Assembly (NCBI GenBank): GCA_007375595.1
Contig: VMEP01000001.1
Location: 415,184-479,183 of the forward strand
DNA length: 64,000 nt
Reading direction: 5' to 3'
From: Parcubacteria group bacterium LiPW_30
GTDB lineage: Bacteria > Patescibacteriota > Minisyncoccia > Phycocordibacterales > VMEP01
This document shows positions 35,149 to 44,666 of this stretch, piece by piece (within the stretch, counting starts at the first letter, position 1; every line of letters starts with the position of its first letter). Below the pieces are notes generated by a model that saw nothing but the letters and a program-made list of their open reading frames with translations, was not told the DNA's origin and ran no database searches. The position numbers were made by a program, and so were the translations under genes.

Positions 35149-35652
35149 TTAGGGCTTCTCCACGGGCTTTCTTTGGAGAAATGTTTTTGCTTTTTCGAGA
35201 ACTTTCAGGCCGTACCTTGTGACGGGCGAAAGGATTTCGCTGTCACCAAGCTCAAAGCGAACGCCAGAACGATTGGCTGTAGTTACGAACCAGTCAATCG
35301 TGAGAAAGGTGTACCCATTCCAGTCTTTTTCTGGCATCGTGAGCAAGGGCGTCGTCCAGAGATTCAACAGCCGAAGTCTGAGGCTTTCGGTCGTAATCCA
35401 AGACTGCTCACTTCGCGAGAAGGTGAAGCTTCCTGCACCAGGAAAGCCAATTCGTTTTTTATCGAGAATGAAACGAACGGTTTTTGTGTCGGTGTTGTTG
35501 TGCTTGGAGAACGGGCCATACTGGGGTGAACACTCGAAAATGTCCTCGCGGGCGATTAACCCATCAAGAAAATCATATTGAGAAAAGCTTTGTCCCAATG
35601 CCAAGATTGGCAGTGACGGTATTACAGCAATATCGTTCATGGGTCCCCCCAA
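35149..35652 (-). CDS. hypothetical protein (GC-rich ORFan)
   Basis: 167 aa. Followed on the minus strand by hairpin cccgccgatactcggcggg. Confidence 0.4.
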   Translation of the reverse strand: MGGPMNDIAVIPSLPILALGQSFSQYDFLDGLIAREDIFECSPQYGPFSKHNNTDTKTVRFILDKKRIGFPGAGSFTFSRSEQSWITTESLRLRLLNLWTTPLLTMPEKDWNGYTFLTIDWFVTTANRSGVRFELGDSEILSPVTRYGLKVLEKAKTFLQRKPVEKP

Positions 35653-35767
35653 ATTAAAAAAATGGAAAAGAAGTTACTGCCAAAACTTTATACTGATTAT
35701 GGATTGTTGTAAACACGAAATAAAAATCTTTTTAGTGGAATTTTATGTAAGTGATATAATTTTCGAA

Positions 35768-36517
35768 ATGAAACGAGTTATCGTAAAAATTGGAACAAGA
35801 GTTTTGTCTAAAGAAGATGGAACGTTAGATTTAAATTTTTTGGAACATATTGTCGAGCAGATTGTAGAGCTTCGAAAAATGGGAATACAGGTTGTGCTTG
35901 TGACTTCCGGCGCCGTCGGCGCCGGAAAGAGTTTGATTTCTCTTCCGGAGGTAAAATCGGATGTTGTGCGGAAACAAGCTTTTGCTGCGGTTGGACAAGT
36001 GAAATTAATGAATACTTATTCTGAGTTTTTTGCAAAGCATAATTATTATTGCGCTCAAGTGCTGGCAACCAAGGAAGATTTTCGTGACGAAACGCACTAC
36101 TTAAATATGAAAAATTGTTTTGAAGGTCTGCTTTTAGACAACGTGATTCCAGTGGTGAATGAAAACGACGTTGTCGCGATTGCAGAACTTCTCTTTACCG
36201 ACAACGACGAACTCGCGGGGCTTGTGGCAAAACAACTTGAAGTTGATGCAGTGATAATCCTCACAGGCACAGACGGAATCTTGGATGAAAAAAATAAAAC
36301 TGTGCCTGAAGTTAATACTTCAAATATTGATGAAGTTGCCTCACTTATCAGTATTAATAAGTCGGCATCTGGGCGAGGTGGTATGGTTTCTAAGTTTTCT
36401 GTTGCAAAAGAATTGTCGCAAAAAGGAATAACTGTGCACATAGTTGTTGGGAAAAGAAAAAATATTTTAGTTGACGTGGTGCGTGGAGAAAAAGTCGGCA
36501 CTCGGTTTGTATCTTAA
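35768..36517 (+). CDS. proB: amino-acid kinase family protein, glutamate 5-kinase-like
   Basis: KRVIVKIGTRVL...VVLVTSGAVGAGK N-terminal signature of glutamate-5-kinase/AAK fold. No PUA domain. Start at the ATG at 35768 (the ORF-track start is upstream junk). Confidence 0.7.
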   Translation: MKRVIVKIGTRVLSKEDGTLDLNFLEHIVEQIVELRKMGIQVVLVTSGAVGAGKSLISLPEVKSDVVRKQAFAAVGQVKLMNTYSEFFAKHNYYCAQVLATKEDFRDETHYLNMKNCFEGLLLDNVIPVVNENDVVAIAELLFTDNDELAGLVAKQLEVDAVIILTGTDGILDEKNKTVPEVNTSNIDEVASLISINKSASGRGGMVSKFSVAKELSQKGITVHIVVGKRKNILVDVVRGEKVGTRFVS

Positions 36518-36558
36518 TTGCGTTCGGTATTTGCGGTTTGTTTTGATATGATTTAAAA

Positions 36559-36777
36559 ATGGAAAATAAATCAATTGAGACACATCACCGTTCGGCAATA
36601 AAATCTATTAGTTATCGCGCGCTATCTGTTAGTGTTGATTCTACTGTCGCCTATTTTTTCACACACAATATAGCTCTCTCTGCTGGAATTGTTCTTTTTG
36701 TAAATTTATACAGCACTTTACTTTATTATTTTCACGAACGAGCTTGGGCTCGTGTGCGTTGGGGGAGCCGAAGCTAG
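36559..36777 (+). CDS. DUF2061-like small membrane protein
   Basis: YR..SVSVDSTVAYFFTHNIALSAGIVLFVN...LYYFHERAW pattern. Confidence 0.55.
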   Translation: MENKSIETHHRSAIKSISYRALSVSVDSTVAYFFTHNIALSAGIVLFVNLYSTLLYYFHERAWARVRWGSRS

Positions 36778-36786
36778 TTGATGTTT

Positions 36787-37404
36787 TTACCTTTCAATTA
36801 GTGGAACAAAAGCAAAGCCGTGATGTTTTTCTATTTCTAGATTTCCGCTAGCTTCTTTTTCAATTTTCCAAATATCATTGCCGATAGGCGCCACCATAAC
36901 CCCGCCAATTTTAAGCTGATCAATTAAAGCTTTTGGAATTTTCCCCGCAGAAGCAGAAACGAGTATTTTGTCGTAAGGAGCTTCCTCGGGGATTCCTAAT
37001 GTATCGCCGGCTTGTTTTATTTCGGCATTTGTAAAATTATATTTACTCAAATTATTTCTTCCTAAAGTAACAAGCTCGGGAATAATCTCCACGCCAACGA
37101 TTTTGCCAGCATTTCCAACCAGATGAGAAAGAAGGGCTGTTGTGTATCCCGATCCAGAACCAACATCAAGCACATGCTCGCCCTTTTGTGGTTTGAGAAG
37201 TTCCAATATAAACGCAATCGTGAAGGGTTGGGAAATTGTTTGCTCTCCGCCGATAGGGAGAGGACTATCTTCGTAGGCAAAGCTGAGGAATTCTTCTTTT
37301 ACAAAATCTTTTCGGTCAATTTCTTTGAACGCATTAATAATAGACTCGGTGCGTAACACCCTGGTCTGTTTTAGGTGGGCAATTAATGATTCGAGTGAGT
37401 TCAT
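36787..37404 (-). CDS. pcm: protein-L-isoaspartate O-methyltransferase
   Basis: DRKDFV..E.LSFAYEDSPLPIGGEQTISQP and SAM motif VLDVGSGSGY. Confidence 0.9.
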   Translation of the reverse strand: MNSLESLIAHLKQTRVLRTESIINAFKEIDRKDFVKEEFLSFAYEDSPLPIGGEQTISQPFTIAFILELLKPQKGEHVLDVGSGSGYTTALLSHLVGNAGKIVGVEIIPELVTLGRNNLSKYNFTNAEIKQAGDTLGIPEEAPYDKILVSASAGKIPKALIDQLKIGGVMVAPIGNDIWKIEKEASGNLEIEKHHGFAFVPLIER

Positions 37405-37520
37405 ATTTTAAGTATATTCCTTTTCTTTTTTTGAAACATCATTTTTGTGATGGAAAAGAGCCCGAAATTAGAATTCCCCAAAAGACAAGACAAAAATTAA
37501 TAATCTGCTATCTTTTAGAT

Positions 37521-38207
37521 ATGGAAAGACAAAAAGCTGGAATTATAGAGGAAACCTTGGAAAAGGAGCTCAGTAAAGAAGCGCAGGTCGTTTATGCTGA
37601 GATTATAAAAAAGCCAGAAATTCTTGAGGCTTTTGCCATACTCGACCAATTACCGGGCGAACTCCACTATCACAACAAGACTCACACAGAAGATGTTATT
37701 CGTGAGGCAATTTTGTTTGCTCTTGCCGATGGTGCAAGTAGGGAGACAATAGAACAGCAAGCTGTCGCTGCCGCGTGGCACGACGTTGGTTTTATTAAGG
37801 AATATCAAAAGAACGAACCTATCGCTGTAGAATTATTTAAACAAAGCGAGGCCTATAAAACATTATCCGAAGAAGCACGAGAAGAAGTTATCGCAAATAT
37901 TTTAGATACACAAATTGTTGTTGATGGGGGGATCCCGTCGTTATCTCACGAGAGAAGTAGTAATAGATATATCTTAGACGCTGATGTTAGTAATTTTGGT
38001 AGAGACGATTTTTTTGTTAATAGAAAAAAAATTGCAGACGAGCTTAAGATTGATTTATCTGACCCGGCAGCGAAAAAAGGTTTTTATAGTTTTGCCTTAG
38101 ATCTTTTGAAAAACCACAAATGGGAAACAAATTCCGCAAGAATGTTGAGGCAAGCAAAGAAAGATGAGAACTTAAGAAAAGCGGAAGAAGAATTCGCTAG
38201 TTTATAG
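37521..38207 (+). CDS. HD-domain phosphohydrolase
   Basis: H..HTEDV...A......D.......VAAAWHDVG: HD-motif spacing. Start taken at the ATG at 37521. Confidence 0.7.
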   Translation: MERQKAGIIEETLEKELSKEAQVVYAEIIKKPEILEAFAILDQLPGELHYHNKTHTEDVIREAILFALADGASRETIEQQAVAAAWHDVGFIKEYQKNEPIAVELFKQSEAYKTLSEEAREEVIANILDTQIVVDGGIPSLSHERSSNRYILDADVSNFGRDDFFVNRKKIADELKIDLSDPAAKKGFYSFALDLLKNHKWETNSARMLRQAKKDENLRKAEEEFASL

Positions 38208-38355
38208 TTTTTGCAATAATTATTTGACATTATATTTTTGTCATGTAATATAGCCCAGTCGACCAATGGTGGTCGATTTCATTTGTTCCCAGGTGGGAGC
38301 ATTTGAATGTACATTCCGTTTCAATTCTTTCGTCAATTTTCTGGAGGTATTACCC

Positions 38356-38676
38356 ATGAATTCGAAAACCACCACCGGCCACGGCCAAAATGGCACTGTT
38401 GCGCACCCGAAGCTTTCCGTCATCTTCGCCAACGGCGCCGCCGGCTTCTCCGATCGCTCGATCCTCAAGCACGATGGCTGGAAGAAGCACTCCGGCAAGG
38501 CGCCGGTTTCCGGCACGATGGTCCATACGCTGCACAGCCAGAAGATCGAAGGGACCGATTCGTTCGCCATTTGTCGTGAAGGCGACCAAATCGACGGCCA
38601 GGTCCTCTCTGCCACCAAGGCCGAACTCGAGGTCCTGATGGCCGGCTTCGGCTACGAGCTCAAGCTCAAAGCTTGA
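38356..38676 (+). CDS. hypothetical protein (106 aa; ~60% GC islet)
   Basis: GGAGG RBS 8 nt upstream. Very strong GC3 codon bias, foreign to this genome. Followed by a terminator. Three other overlapping frames are also open because of the GC content. Confidence 0.45.
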   Translation: MNSKTTTGHGQNGTVAHPKLSVIFANGAAGFSDRSILKHDGWKKHSGKAPVSGTMVHTLHSQKIEGTDSFAICREGDQIDGQVLSATKAELEVLMAGFGYELKLKA

Positions 38677-38717
38677 CGAAGAACGAAACCACCCGTCGAT
38701 AGAAATATCGGCACCCC

Positions 38718-38746
38718 CAAGACGCCCAAGGCGTCTTTTTTTGTTT
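38718..38746 (+). terminator. rho-independent terminator
   Basis: aagacgcccaaggcgtctttttttg. Confidence 0.65.
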
Positions 38747-38788
38747 CAAATTTAAAACAGCGAAAAGTTTGGTATATAATGCCTGTAT

Positions 38789-39751
38789 ATGAACCCAATA
38801 CTTAAACAAATCTTAGTTCTTGTTGCGGTAATTATTATTTTATTATTAGGGATGAAGTTTTTACCACCACCAAGCAATTCCAATCTAAAAAATGGTGATG
38901 TTCCAAGGATACAACCTGCTTCAAGTTATCTTGATGCGATATATATTATTGAAGGAAAAGAGGTCACTTTAGCAAACGGCGTGTCAGAGATTGAAGTTGT
39001 TCCAGGTTCGGTCTCAAAAATAGTTACCCGTTTTTTTGGTAGTGAAGTTAAACACGATTTTAATGATGACGGAAGAGAAGACATCGCTTTTCTTTTAACC
39101 CAAGAGACGGGCGGTAGTGGTGTATTCTTTTACGTTGTTGCCGCACTAAATACTCCTGATGGGTATATTGGCTCACATGCTGTTTTATTGGGTGACCGTA
39201 TTGCCCCACAGACAATGCACATGGAGGAAGGGAATACAGTTATGGGGACGAGTAGGCAAAACGTTATTGTTGTTAATTATGTCGTTCGTCTTCCTGGAGA
39301 ACCAATGACAGTACGTCCGTCTTTAGGAAAAAGTATTTGGTTGAAGCTTGATCCAAAAACAATGCAATTTGGTGAAGTTGCTCAAAATTTTGAAGGAGAA
39401 GCGAATACACCGCAAATGACACTTGGAATGAAGAAGTGGTCATGGTCCTCGACCTCTTATAATGATGGTAAAAAAATATTACCAAACAAAGAAAATACTT
39501 TTATTCTTGTTTTAAAAGATGATGGAAATTTTTCAGCGACAACAGATTGCAACACTATAAACGGCAGATATTCAACGAAAGGAAATAAAATAACATTTAG
39601 CGAAATGTTTTCTACTTTGATGTATTGCGAAGGTTCACAAGAAGCTCTATTTTCTAAAATGCTCACCGAAACGGAAAGCTATCACTTTACTGCAAAAGGG
39701 GAATTGGTTTTTGGGCTAAAGCTTGATAGTGGTTCATTTATTTTTCGATAA
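38789..39751 (+). CDS. membrane-anchored protein with C-terminal META (HslJ-like) domain
   Basis: N-terminal TM helix. The C-terminal ~110 aa (MTLGMKKWSWSS..TDCNTINGRYSTKGNKITFSEMFSTLMYC) fits the META/DUF306 pattern. Confidence 0.65.
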   Translation: MNPILKQILVLVAVIIILLLGMKFLPPPSNSNLKNGDVPRIQPASSYLDAIYIIEGKEVTLANGVSEIEVVPGSVSKIVTRFFGSEVKHDFNDDGREDIAFLLTQETGGSGVFFYVVAALNTPDGYIGSHAVLLGDRIAPQTMHMEEGNTVMGTSRQNVIVVNYVVRLPGEPMTVRPSLGKSIWLKLDPKTMQFGEVAQNFEGEANTPQMTLGMKKWSWSSTSYNDGKKILPNKENTFILVLKDDGNFSATTDCNTINGRYSTKGNKITFSEMFSTLMYCEGSQEALFSKMLTETESYHFTAKGELVFGLKLDSGSFIFR

Positions 39752-39868
39752 AATAAATCTGTACGGCATAAATTGACAGAGCGCAGATTTGCGGTAGTTT
39801 ATGCTTAGTTGTAATTGCTCTGCGACATTCTGTCGTGTTGGCAACCTTTATATACAGGAGGTCGAAAG

Positions 39869-40396
39869 ATGAAGAAAAGAGTCGAAATTCTTGTCGGCGC
39901 CAAAGAAGCTTTTTTCCATGCGATGTCGCTTGGATGGGCATCTGGGTCAAAGGCCGCCGCAAAGGTGGTGGATGTTTTGGGAAGTTCTGGTGGCGAGGAA
40001 ACCGCCTACATCACAGGACTTCTGTACAAGAATGAGTGGTTCCGCGTCGTTGACCGCTACTGTGTTTCAGAGGCGGGTAAGTCTGCCGGCACAACGACCA
40101 TTTGGTTCCACAATGATCCAGTTTGGTTTATGAGCTACGGCGGTTCCTACCTGAAGGAGGATATCCCTTTTCTGAAGGATGCACTCATGCGTGTTTACTC
40201 CACGAAGCAGTTTTTCGGAGGGCGAGGTCCGACTAGTCTTGCCCAAGGGGTACCGCATCTCAAGAGTGGCGTCCTTGTCTACGCAAACGAAATCGAGAAG
40301 GATAGCACTTTCGACAAGTTTCGTGGAAAAGAGGCGATCATCGGCCCAGTCGGTATTCGTGGTCAACATGATTACTGGGGGATGGCCCTTATCTAG
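39869..40396 (+). CDS. hypothetical protein (GC-rich ORFan, ~52% GC)
   Basis: AGGAGG RBS 8 nt upstream of the ATG at 39869. Followed by a terminator. Confidence 0.45.
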   Translation: MKKRVEILVGAKEAFFHAMSLGWASGSKAAAKVVDVLGSSGGEETAYITGLLYKNEWFRVVDRYCVSEAGKSAGTTTIWFHNDPVWFMSYGGSYLKEDIPFLKDALMRVYSTKQFFGGRGPTSLAQGVPHLKSGVLVYANEIEKDSTFDKFRGKEAIIGPVGIRGQHDYWGMALI

Positions 40397-40425
40397 TTCT
40401 CCGTTCGCCACGTTTTTGTTTTATT

Positions 40426-40457
40426 GCGCCCCGGTTTATCCGGGGCGCTTTTGTTTT
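40426..40457 (+). terminator. rho-independent terminator
   Basis: gcgccccggtttatccggggcgc followed by ttttgtttt. Confidence 0.7.
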
Positions 40458-40489
40458 AGGTAATCTAAATAGTAGGGTATTATATTTAT

Positions 40490-40885
40490 ATGGATAACTT
40501 CTCTTCTTATCAGGAATTAATTAGACCAACTTGGGCGCCACCCGCATGGATTTTCGGACCAGTGTGGAGTGTTCTCTATATTCTGATAGCTATTTCTTTT
40601 GGAAAAGTTTTTTTGATGTTGTGGCAAAAACAGATTACTTTAATAGTTGCTTTGCCTTTCATCTTAAACCTAATTTTTAATTTTTCTTTTACTTGGATTC
40701 AGTTTGGTTTAAAAAACAATATCCTCGCATCAGTAGATATTCTTTTAGTTCTCGCAACACTTATTTGGGCGATGTTTTCTATTTGGCCAAAAGCCCGATG
40801 GATTGCTTTAATAAATATTCCATATCTTTTCTGGGTTTCTTTCGCGACAATTCTTCAATTAACCATAACGTTTTTAAATAAATAG
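40490..40885 (+). CDS. tspO: TspO/MBR family (tryptophan-rich sensory protein) membrane protein
   Basis: RPTWAPPAWIFGPVWSVLYILIAISF matches the TspO N-terminal signature (kPsWaPP.w.FgpVW..LY). Five TM helices. Confidence 0.75.
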   Translation: MDNFSSYQELIRPTWAPPAWIFGPVWSVLYILIAISFGKVFLMLWQKQITLIVALPFILNLIFNFSFTWIQFGLKNNILASVDILLVLATLIWAMFSIWPKARWIALINIPYLFWVSFATILQLTITFLNK

Positions 40886-40888
40886 ATT

Positions 40889-40966
40889 ATGAATATTATG
40901 ATGATAATAATTTTAGTTGTTGTGATAGGGGTAGTAGCTTTTATTTTAATTGGAGACAAAAAATGA
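40889..40966 (+). CDS. possible 25-aa hydrophobic micropeptide (MNIMMIIILVVVIGVVAFILIGDKK), stop overlapping the next start
   Basis: ATG..TGA frame with ATGA overlap to the DUF1653 gene. Single TM-like peptide. Speculative. Confidence 0.2.
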   Translation: MNIMMIIILVVVIGVVAFILIGDKK

Positions 40967-41178
40967 ACGACGAAATTGAACTAGGGAAGTATAGGCATTA
41001 CAAAGGTGGTCTGTATGAGGTTATTGGGATAGCAAACCATAGCGAAACGATTGAAAAGATGGTTGTATACAAACATTTAGATGATGATGGTGGTTTGTGG
41101 GTGAGACCACTTGCGATGTTTAAGGAATTTATAGAAAAAGACGGCGAAAAAATACCAAGATTTAAAAAGGTTGATTAA
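40963..41178 (+). CDS. DUF1653 family protein
   Basis: YRHYKGGLYEV...A.HSET.E.MVVYK...DG.LWVRPL.MF pattern. Confidence 0.65.
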   Translation: MNDEIELGKYRHYKGGLYEVIGIANHSETIEKMVVYKHLDDDGGLWVRPLAMFKEFIEKDGEKIPRFKKVD

Positions 41179-41223
41179 ACAAAAAAACCGCACGATATTA
41201 GGTGCGGTTTTTTATTGTTTTGT

Positions 41224-41859
41224 TTAATTAACAAATTCAACAACTTCGTCAAAATCTCGGCGAGCTTTTGGTAATTCTGCAAAAGAATCATCCCCCCTGT
41301 GTCCTAAAGCAAGCATTGTCACTGTTGCTAGGTTTTTCTCTTTTAGTCCTAGTATGTTGTCGATTTCGGTTGCAGTGAATCCTTCCATTGGTCCAGTGTC
41401 TATCCCTAAAAGCGCTGCTGTTTCAAGCATCATTCCAAGTGGAATATATGTTTGAGATTGTGCCCAAGCGCTCAATGTTTCGTCTGATTTGTATGAGATT
41501 GCTCCATTAACCATGTCTTCCAACCCCTTCAACTCAGAAACATCTTTCCCTTGAGCTTTTGCGGTTCTTTCTACAAGTTCACGGGTAATGTTTTCGCGGA
41601 TATCTGTACGGCGAGCAATCACTATCAAATGAGAAGCGTCGGTTACTTTTGTTTGATCATAACTAACGGCTCTTATTTTTGCTCTGATTTCTGGATTAGA
41701 GACAACGATAAATTTCCAAGGTTCTACACCAAAAGAACTAGGTGCCATACGGGCACTTTCTAGGATGGTGTTAACCTCTGATTCACTTAATTTTTTAGAG
41801 GAATCAAATGTTTTAACTGCGTAACGCCAAGAAAGCGCTTTCTTTATTTCATCTTGCAT
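41224..41859 (-). CDS. NAD(P)H nitroreductase family protein
   Basis: RYAVKTFD..KLSESEVNTILESARMAPSSFGVEPWKFIVV matches the nitroreductase fold signature. Divergent from the HxlR regulator. Confidence 0.85.
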   Translation of the reverse strand: MQDEIKKALSWRYAVKTFDSSKKLSESEVNTILESARMAPSSFGVEPWKFIVVSNPEIRAKIRAVSYDQTKVTDASHLIVIARRTDIRENITRELVERTAKAQGKDVSELKGLEDMVNGAISYKSDETLSAWAQSQTYIPLGMMLETAALLGIDTGPMEGFTATEIDNILGLKEKNLATVTMLALGHRGDDSFAELPKARRDFDEVVEFVN

Positions 41860-41939
41860 AATTTTAATTTTATTGTACGATATTGTTATTGCTAATATTT
41901 TTATAGTACTATAAAAACTATAGTATTCTATTTAAAACA

Positions 41940-42287
41940 ATGAGTCAAGTAATTTCTAAAAAAACTGATAAAAAAATAAAAAACGAGCCAGTTTGTGGTA
42001 AAGCTTTAGCTCGTGGTTTGAAGATATTTGGAGATACTTGGACTCTTTTTATAATAAATTCACTGTCTTCCGGGGAAAAACGTTTTTGTGAACTACAACG
42101 TGAGGTTGGCGATTTGAATCCTGTCACTTTAACAAACAGACTAAAGACTCTTGAAGGCGAAGGTTTTATCGATAGAAAAAAAGAAGCTATAGATAAGCTT
42201 TCGGTTTCTTATCTTTTAACAAAAAAAGGTCGTGGAATGTTACCAGTACTTAAAAAAATAGAATCTTTTGCTAAACAATATGTCTAA
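41940..42287 (+). CDS. HxlR-family transcriptional regulator
   Basis: C.....L...GD.WTLFIINSL..G.KRFCELQREV..LNPVTLTNRLKTLEGEGFIDR: HxlR winged-helix pattern. Confidence 0.8.
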   Translation: MSQVISKKTDKKIKNEPVCGKALARGLKIFGDTWTLFIINSLSSGEKRFCELQREVGDLNPVTLTNRLKTLEGEGFIDRKKEAIDKLSVSYLLTKKGRGMLPVLKKIESFAKQYV

Positions 42288-43161
42288 ATATATGAGAAAC
42301 AGCATAATTGGGATTTTGGTTTTGATTTTCGTGGCTATCGCTATGGCTGTGTATTTTACTGAAAACAAAAAAATAGTGACGGTAAGTAGCTTTGAAGAAT
42401 GTGCTTCTTTGGGTGGGCCAATTATGGAAAGTTATCCACGCCAATGTAGATACGACGGACAGACGTTTTCTGAAAATATCGGAAATGAATTGGATAAAGC
42501 AAATTTAATCGTTGTTGATTCACCTCGTCCGAATCAAACTATAAGTAGCCCGCTTGTGATTAAAGGAAAAGCTAGAGGGAATTGGTTTTTTGAGGCGAGT
42601 TTTCCTGTTGTCTTAACCAATTGGGATGGACTTATAATCGCGAGCGGAATTGCGACAGCAGAAGGAGATTGGATGACGACAGAGTTTGTTCCGTTTACGG
42701 CTGAGCTTCGATTTGAAAATCCTGATTATAAAAATAATGGATTTTTGATTTTAAAGAAAGATAACCCTTCTGGTTTACCAGAAAATGACGAGGCTCTTGA
42801 AATTCCAGTATTATTTGAAAAAATAAATAACTCCGCTGGTATCTTGCCATTTAAATCTGGAGTTAATGGAAAGGTTTTACTCGGACCAACTTGTCCTGTG
42901 ATACAAAACCCAGCTGATTCAAAGTGTGATGATAAGCCATATCAAACAAACATCTCTGTGCGCCACGTCGACGCAAGCTCTGTGTTCGTTGTTGGTAGAT
43001 CAGACGAGAACGGCATTTTTAATTTCTCCCTTCCGCCTGGGTCATATGTCATTTCTGCTTCTAGTGGAGAAAAATTTCCCAATTGCGTTGATACAGAAAC
43101 TACTATTTCCCCAGATAAATATACAGACGTAATAATTTCTTGCGATACGGGTATTCGTTGA
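42268..43161 (+). CDS. membrane-anchored protein with Gmad2 (Ig-like, germination-associated) domain
   Basis: TM helix, then a Gmad2-like segment IVVDSPRPNQTISSPLVIKGKARGNWFFEASFPVVLTNWDGLIIASGIATAEGDWMTTEFVPFTAEL. Confidence 0.6.
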   Translation: MLNNMSKYMRNSIIGILVLIFVAIAMAVYFTENKKIVTVSSFEECASLGGPIMESYPRQCRYDGQTFSENIGNELDKANLIVVDSPRPNQTISSPLVIKGKARGNWFFEASFPVVLTNWDGLIIASGIATAEGDWMTTEFVPFTAELRFENPDYKNNGFLILKKDNPSGLPENDEALEIPVLFEKINNSAGILPFKSGVNGKVLLGPTCPVIQNPADSKCDDKPYQTNISVRHVDASSVFVVGRSDENGIFNFSLPPGSYVISASSGEKFPNCVDTETTISPDKYTDVIISCDTGIR

Positions 43162-43204
43162 GACAAACAGTTGAGAGAGGGGAAACGTGGTAGACTTTAC
43201 TTAA

Positions 43205-43855
43205 ATGAAGAGAAATATTGCTATCTTTATTGTTCTCGTCGCCTTTGCTGTTGTTTTTGTTGCATTAACTTTATTTCAAACAGATTTTAGTAAAGTAGAA
43301 AATGCTGTTAGCTCTTATATTATCGAGAATGAAATAATCGGAGTGGTTGTTTTCATTTTCTTTGCGGCTTTCTCCGCAGTGCTTTCACCGCTTTCTAGTA
43401 TTCCCGCGGTGCCGTTCGCAGTTTTAGCTTGGGGTGAAACATTAACATTTATTTTTCTCATTGTTGGCTGGATTATCGGGGCTCTCATCTCTTATGCAGT
43501 TGGAAAATACGGTTTACATGTTCTTTTTAGGCGCGTTCTTCCTCTTAAAAAAATGGAGATATATCAGAAAAAATTTTCTGAACATTCCGAGTTTATTTTG
43601 GTCGTACTTTTCCGTTTAGCCTTACCGTCTGAAGTGACAGGTCTTGTCTTGGGAAGCTTGCGTTATAACTTTACTAAATATCTCGCAGCAACAATTATTT
43701 CTGAAATACCATTTGCTCTTGTCGTGGTGTATTCAAGTGGAGCTCTCATCTTTAGTGATTTTTGGGGACTTTTTTTATGGATTGCCATAGGAGTTACTTG
43801 TTTTTTTGCCGCAGCGGCAATTTTTAGAAAAAAAATTCGCGGTAGTTCTAACTAG
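43205..43855 (+). CDS. TVP38/TMEM64 (DedA-like, SNARE-associated) family membrane protein
   Basis: Multi-TM with the VLSPLSSIPAVPFAVLAWGE and LALPSEVTGLVLG re-entrant-loop-like motifs typical of the family. Confidence 0.7.
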   Translation: MKRNIAIFIVLVAFAVVFVALTLFQTDFSKVENAVSSYIIENEIIGVVVFIFFAAFSAVLSPLSSIPAVPFAVLAWGETLTFIFLIVGWIIGALISYAVGKYGLHVLFRRVLPLKKMEIYQKKFSEHSEFILVVLFRLALPSEVTGLVLGSLRYNFTKYLAATIISEIPFALVVVYSSGALIFSDFWGLFLWIAIGVTCFFAAAAIFRKKIRGSSN

Positions 43856-43891
43856 GCTCAAAAAGAAAGGCTATTTTGAGGAGGTGGGTGT

Positions 43892-44608
43892 TTGGGTTTC
43901 ATAATGATATATAATATTCGTATGAAGAAAGTCGCTATTTTTGATATAGATGGAACAATTTTTCGTTCTAGTCTTTTAATTGAGCTTATGGAGGTGCTTA
44001 TTGAGCGAGGGAATATAGATGAGTCGGTACGTAAAGAATACGAAAGAGAGCACAAACATTGGCTTGTGCGTAAAGGAGACTACGGTGCATATATTGGTGC
44101 GGTGGTTAAATCGTTCGAAGAACACATTAAAGGGGTTTATTATGCTGATTTTGCTGAAGCATCGGAGACGGTGATAGAGAGATATCAAAATCATACTTAT
44201 CGTTATACTCGCGATTTAATCGCCAAACTAAAAAAAGAAAAATATTTTCTTTTGGCAATCACTCACTCGCCAAAAGGAATCGCCGAAAAGTTTTGTAAGG
44301 GACTAGGTTTTGATAAGGTTTACGGTCGACTTTTAGAAATAGGTCCGACAGACAGGTTTACAGGAAAATCAATTGATGAGCACTTAATTATGAATAAGGC
44401 CAACATTGTGAAGCGTGCAGTGGAAAAAGAAAACTTAACGCTTGATGGGTCAATCGGCGTTGGTGACACAGAGAGTGACATTCCACTTTTGGAGAGCGTA
44501 GAAATCCCAATTTGTTTCAATCCAAATATGAAATTATATAAACATGCACAACGTAATGGGTGGAAAATAATTGCGGAGAGAAAGGATGTTGTTTATGAAA
44601 TAGATTAA
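43892..44608 (+). CDS. HAD-superfamily hydrolase (subfamily IB-like)
   Basis: KKVAIFDIDGTIF (motif I DxDGT) and a later GDTESD (motif IV). Start possibly at Met-11 (43922). Confidence 0.75.
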   Translation: MGFIMIYNIRMKKVAIFDIDGTIFRSSLLIELMEVLIERGNIDESVRKEYEREHKHWLVRKGDYGAYIGAVVKSFEEHIKGVYYADFAEASETVIERYQNHTYRYTRDLIAKLKKEKYFLLAITHSPKGIAEKFCKGLGFDKVYGRLLEIGPTDRFTGKSIDEHLIMNKANIVKRAVEKENLTLDGSIGVGDTESDIPLLESVEIPICFNPNMKLYKHAQRNGWKIIAERKDVVYEID

Positions 44609-44666
44609 AAAGATCCCCCGATTTTAAGATACTGTCTTTTTGTGAAGATTTAATAGATGAGCTACA

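Noticed and set aside
38266-38676. Multiple overlapping ORFs in all frames in the 60% GC islet (38307-38579, 38350-38589 -, 38390-38638)
   Set aside because: High GC suppresses stop codons. Only the frame with a GGAGG RBS and protein-like composition (ATG at 38356) was kept. The others are Arg/Pro/Ala-rich artefacts.
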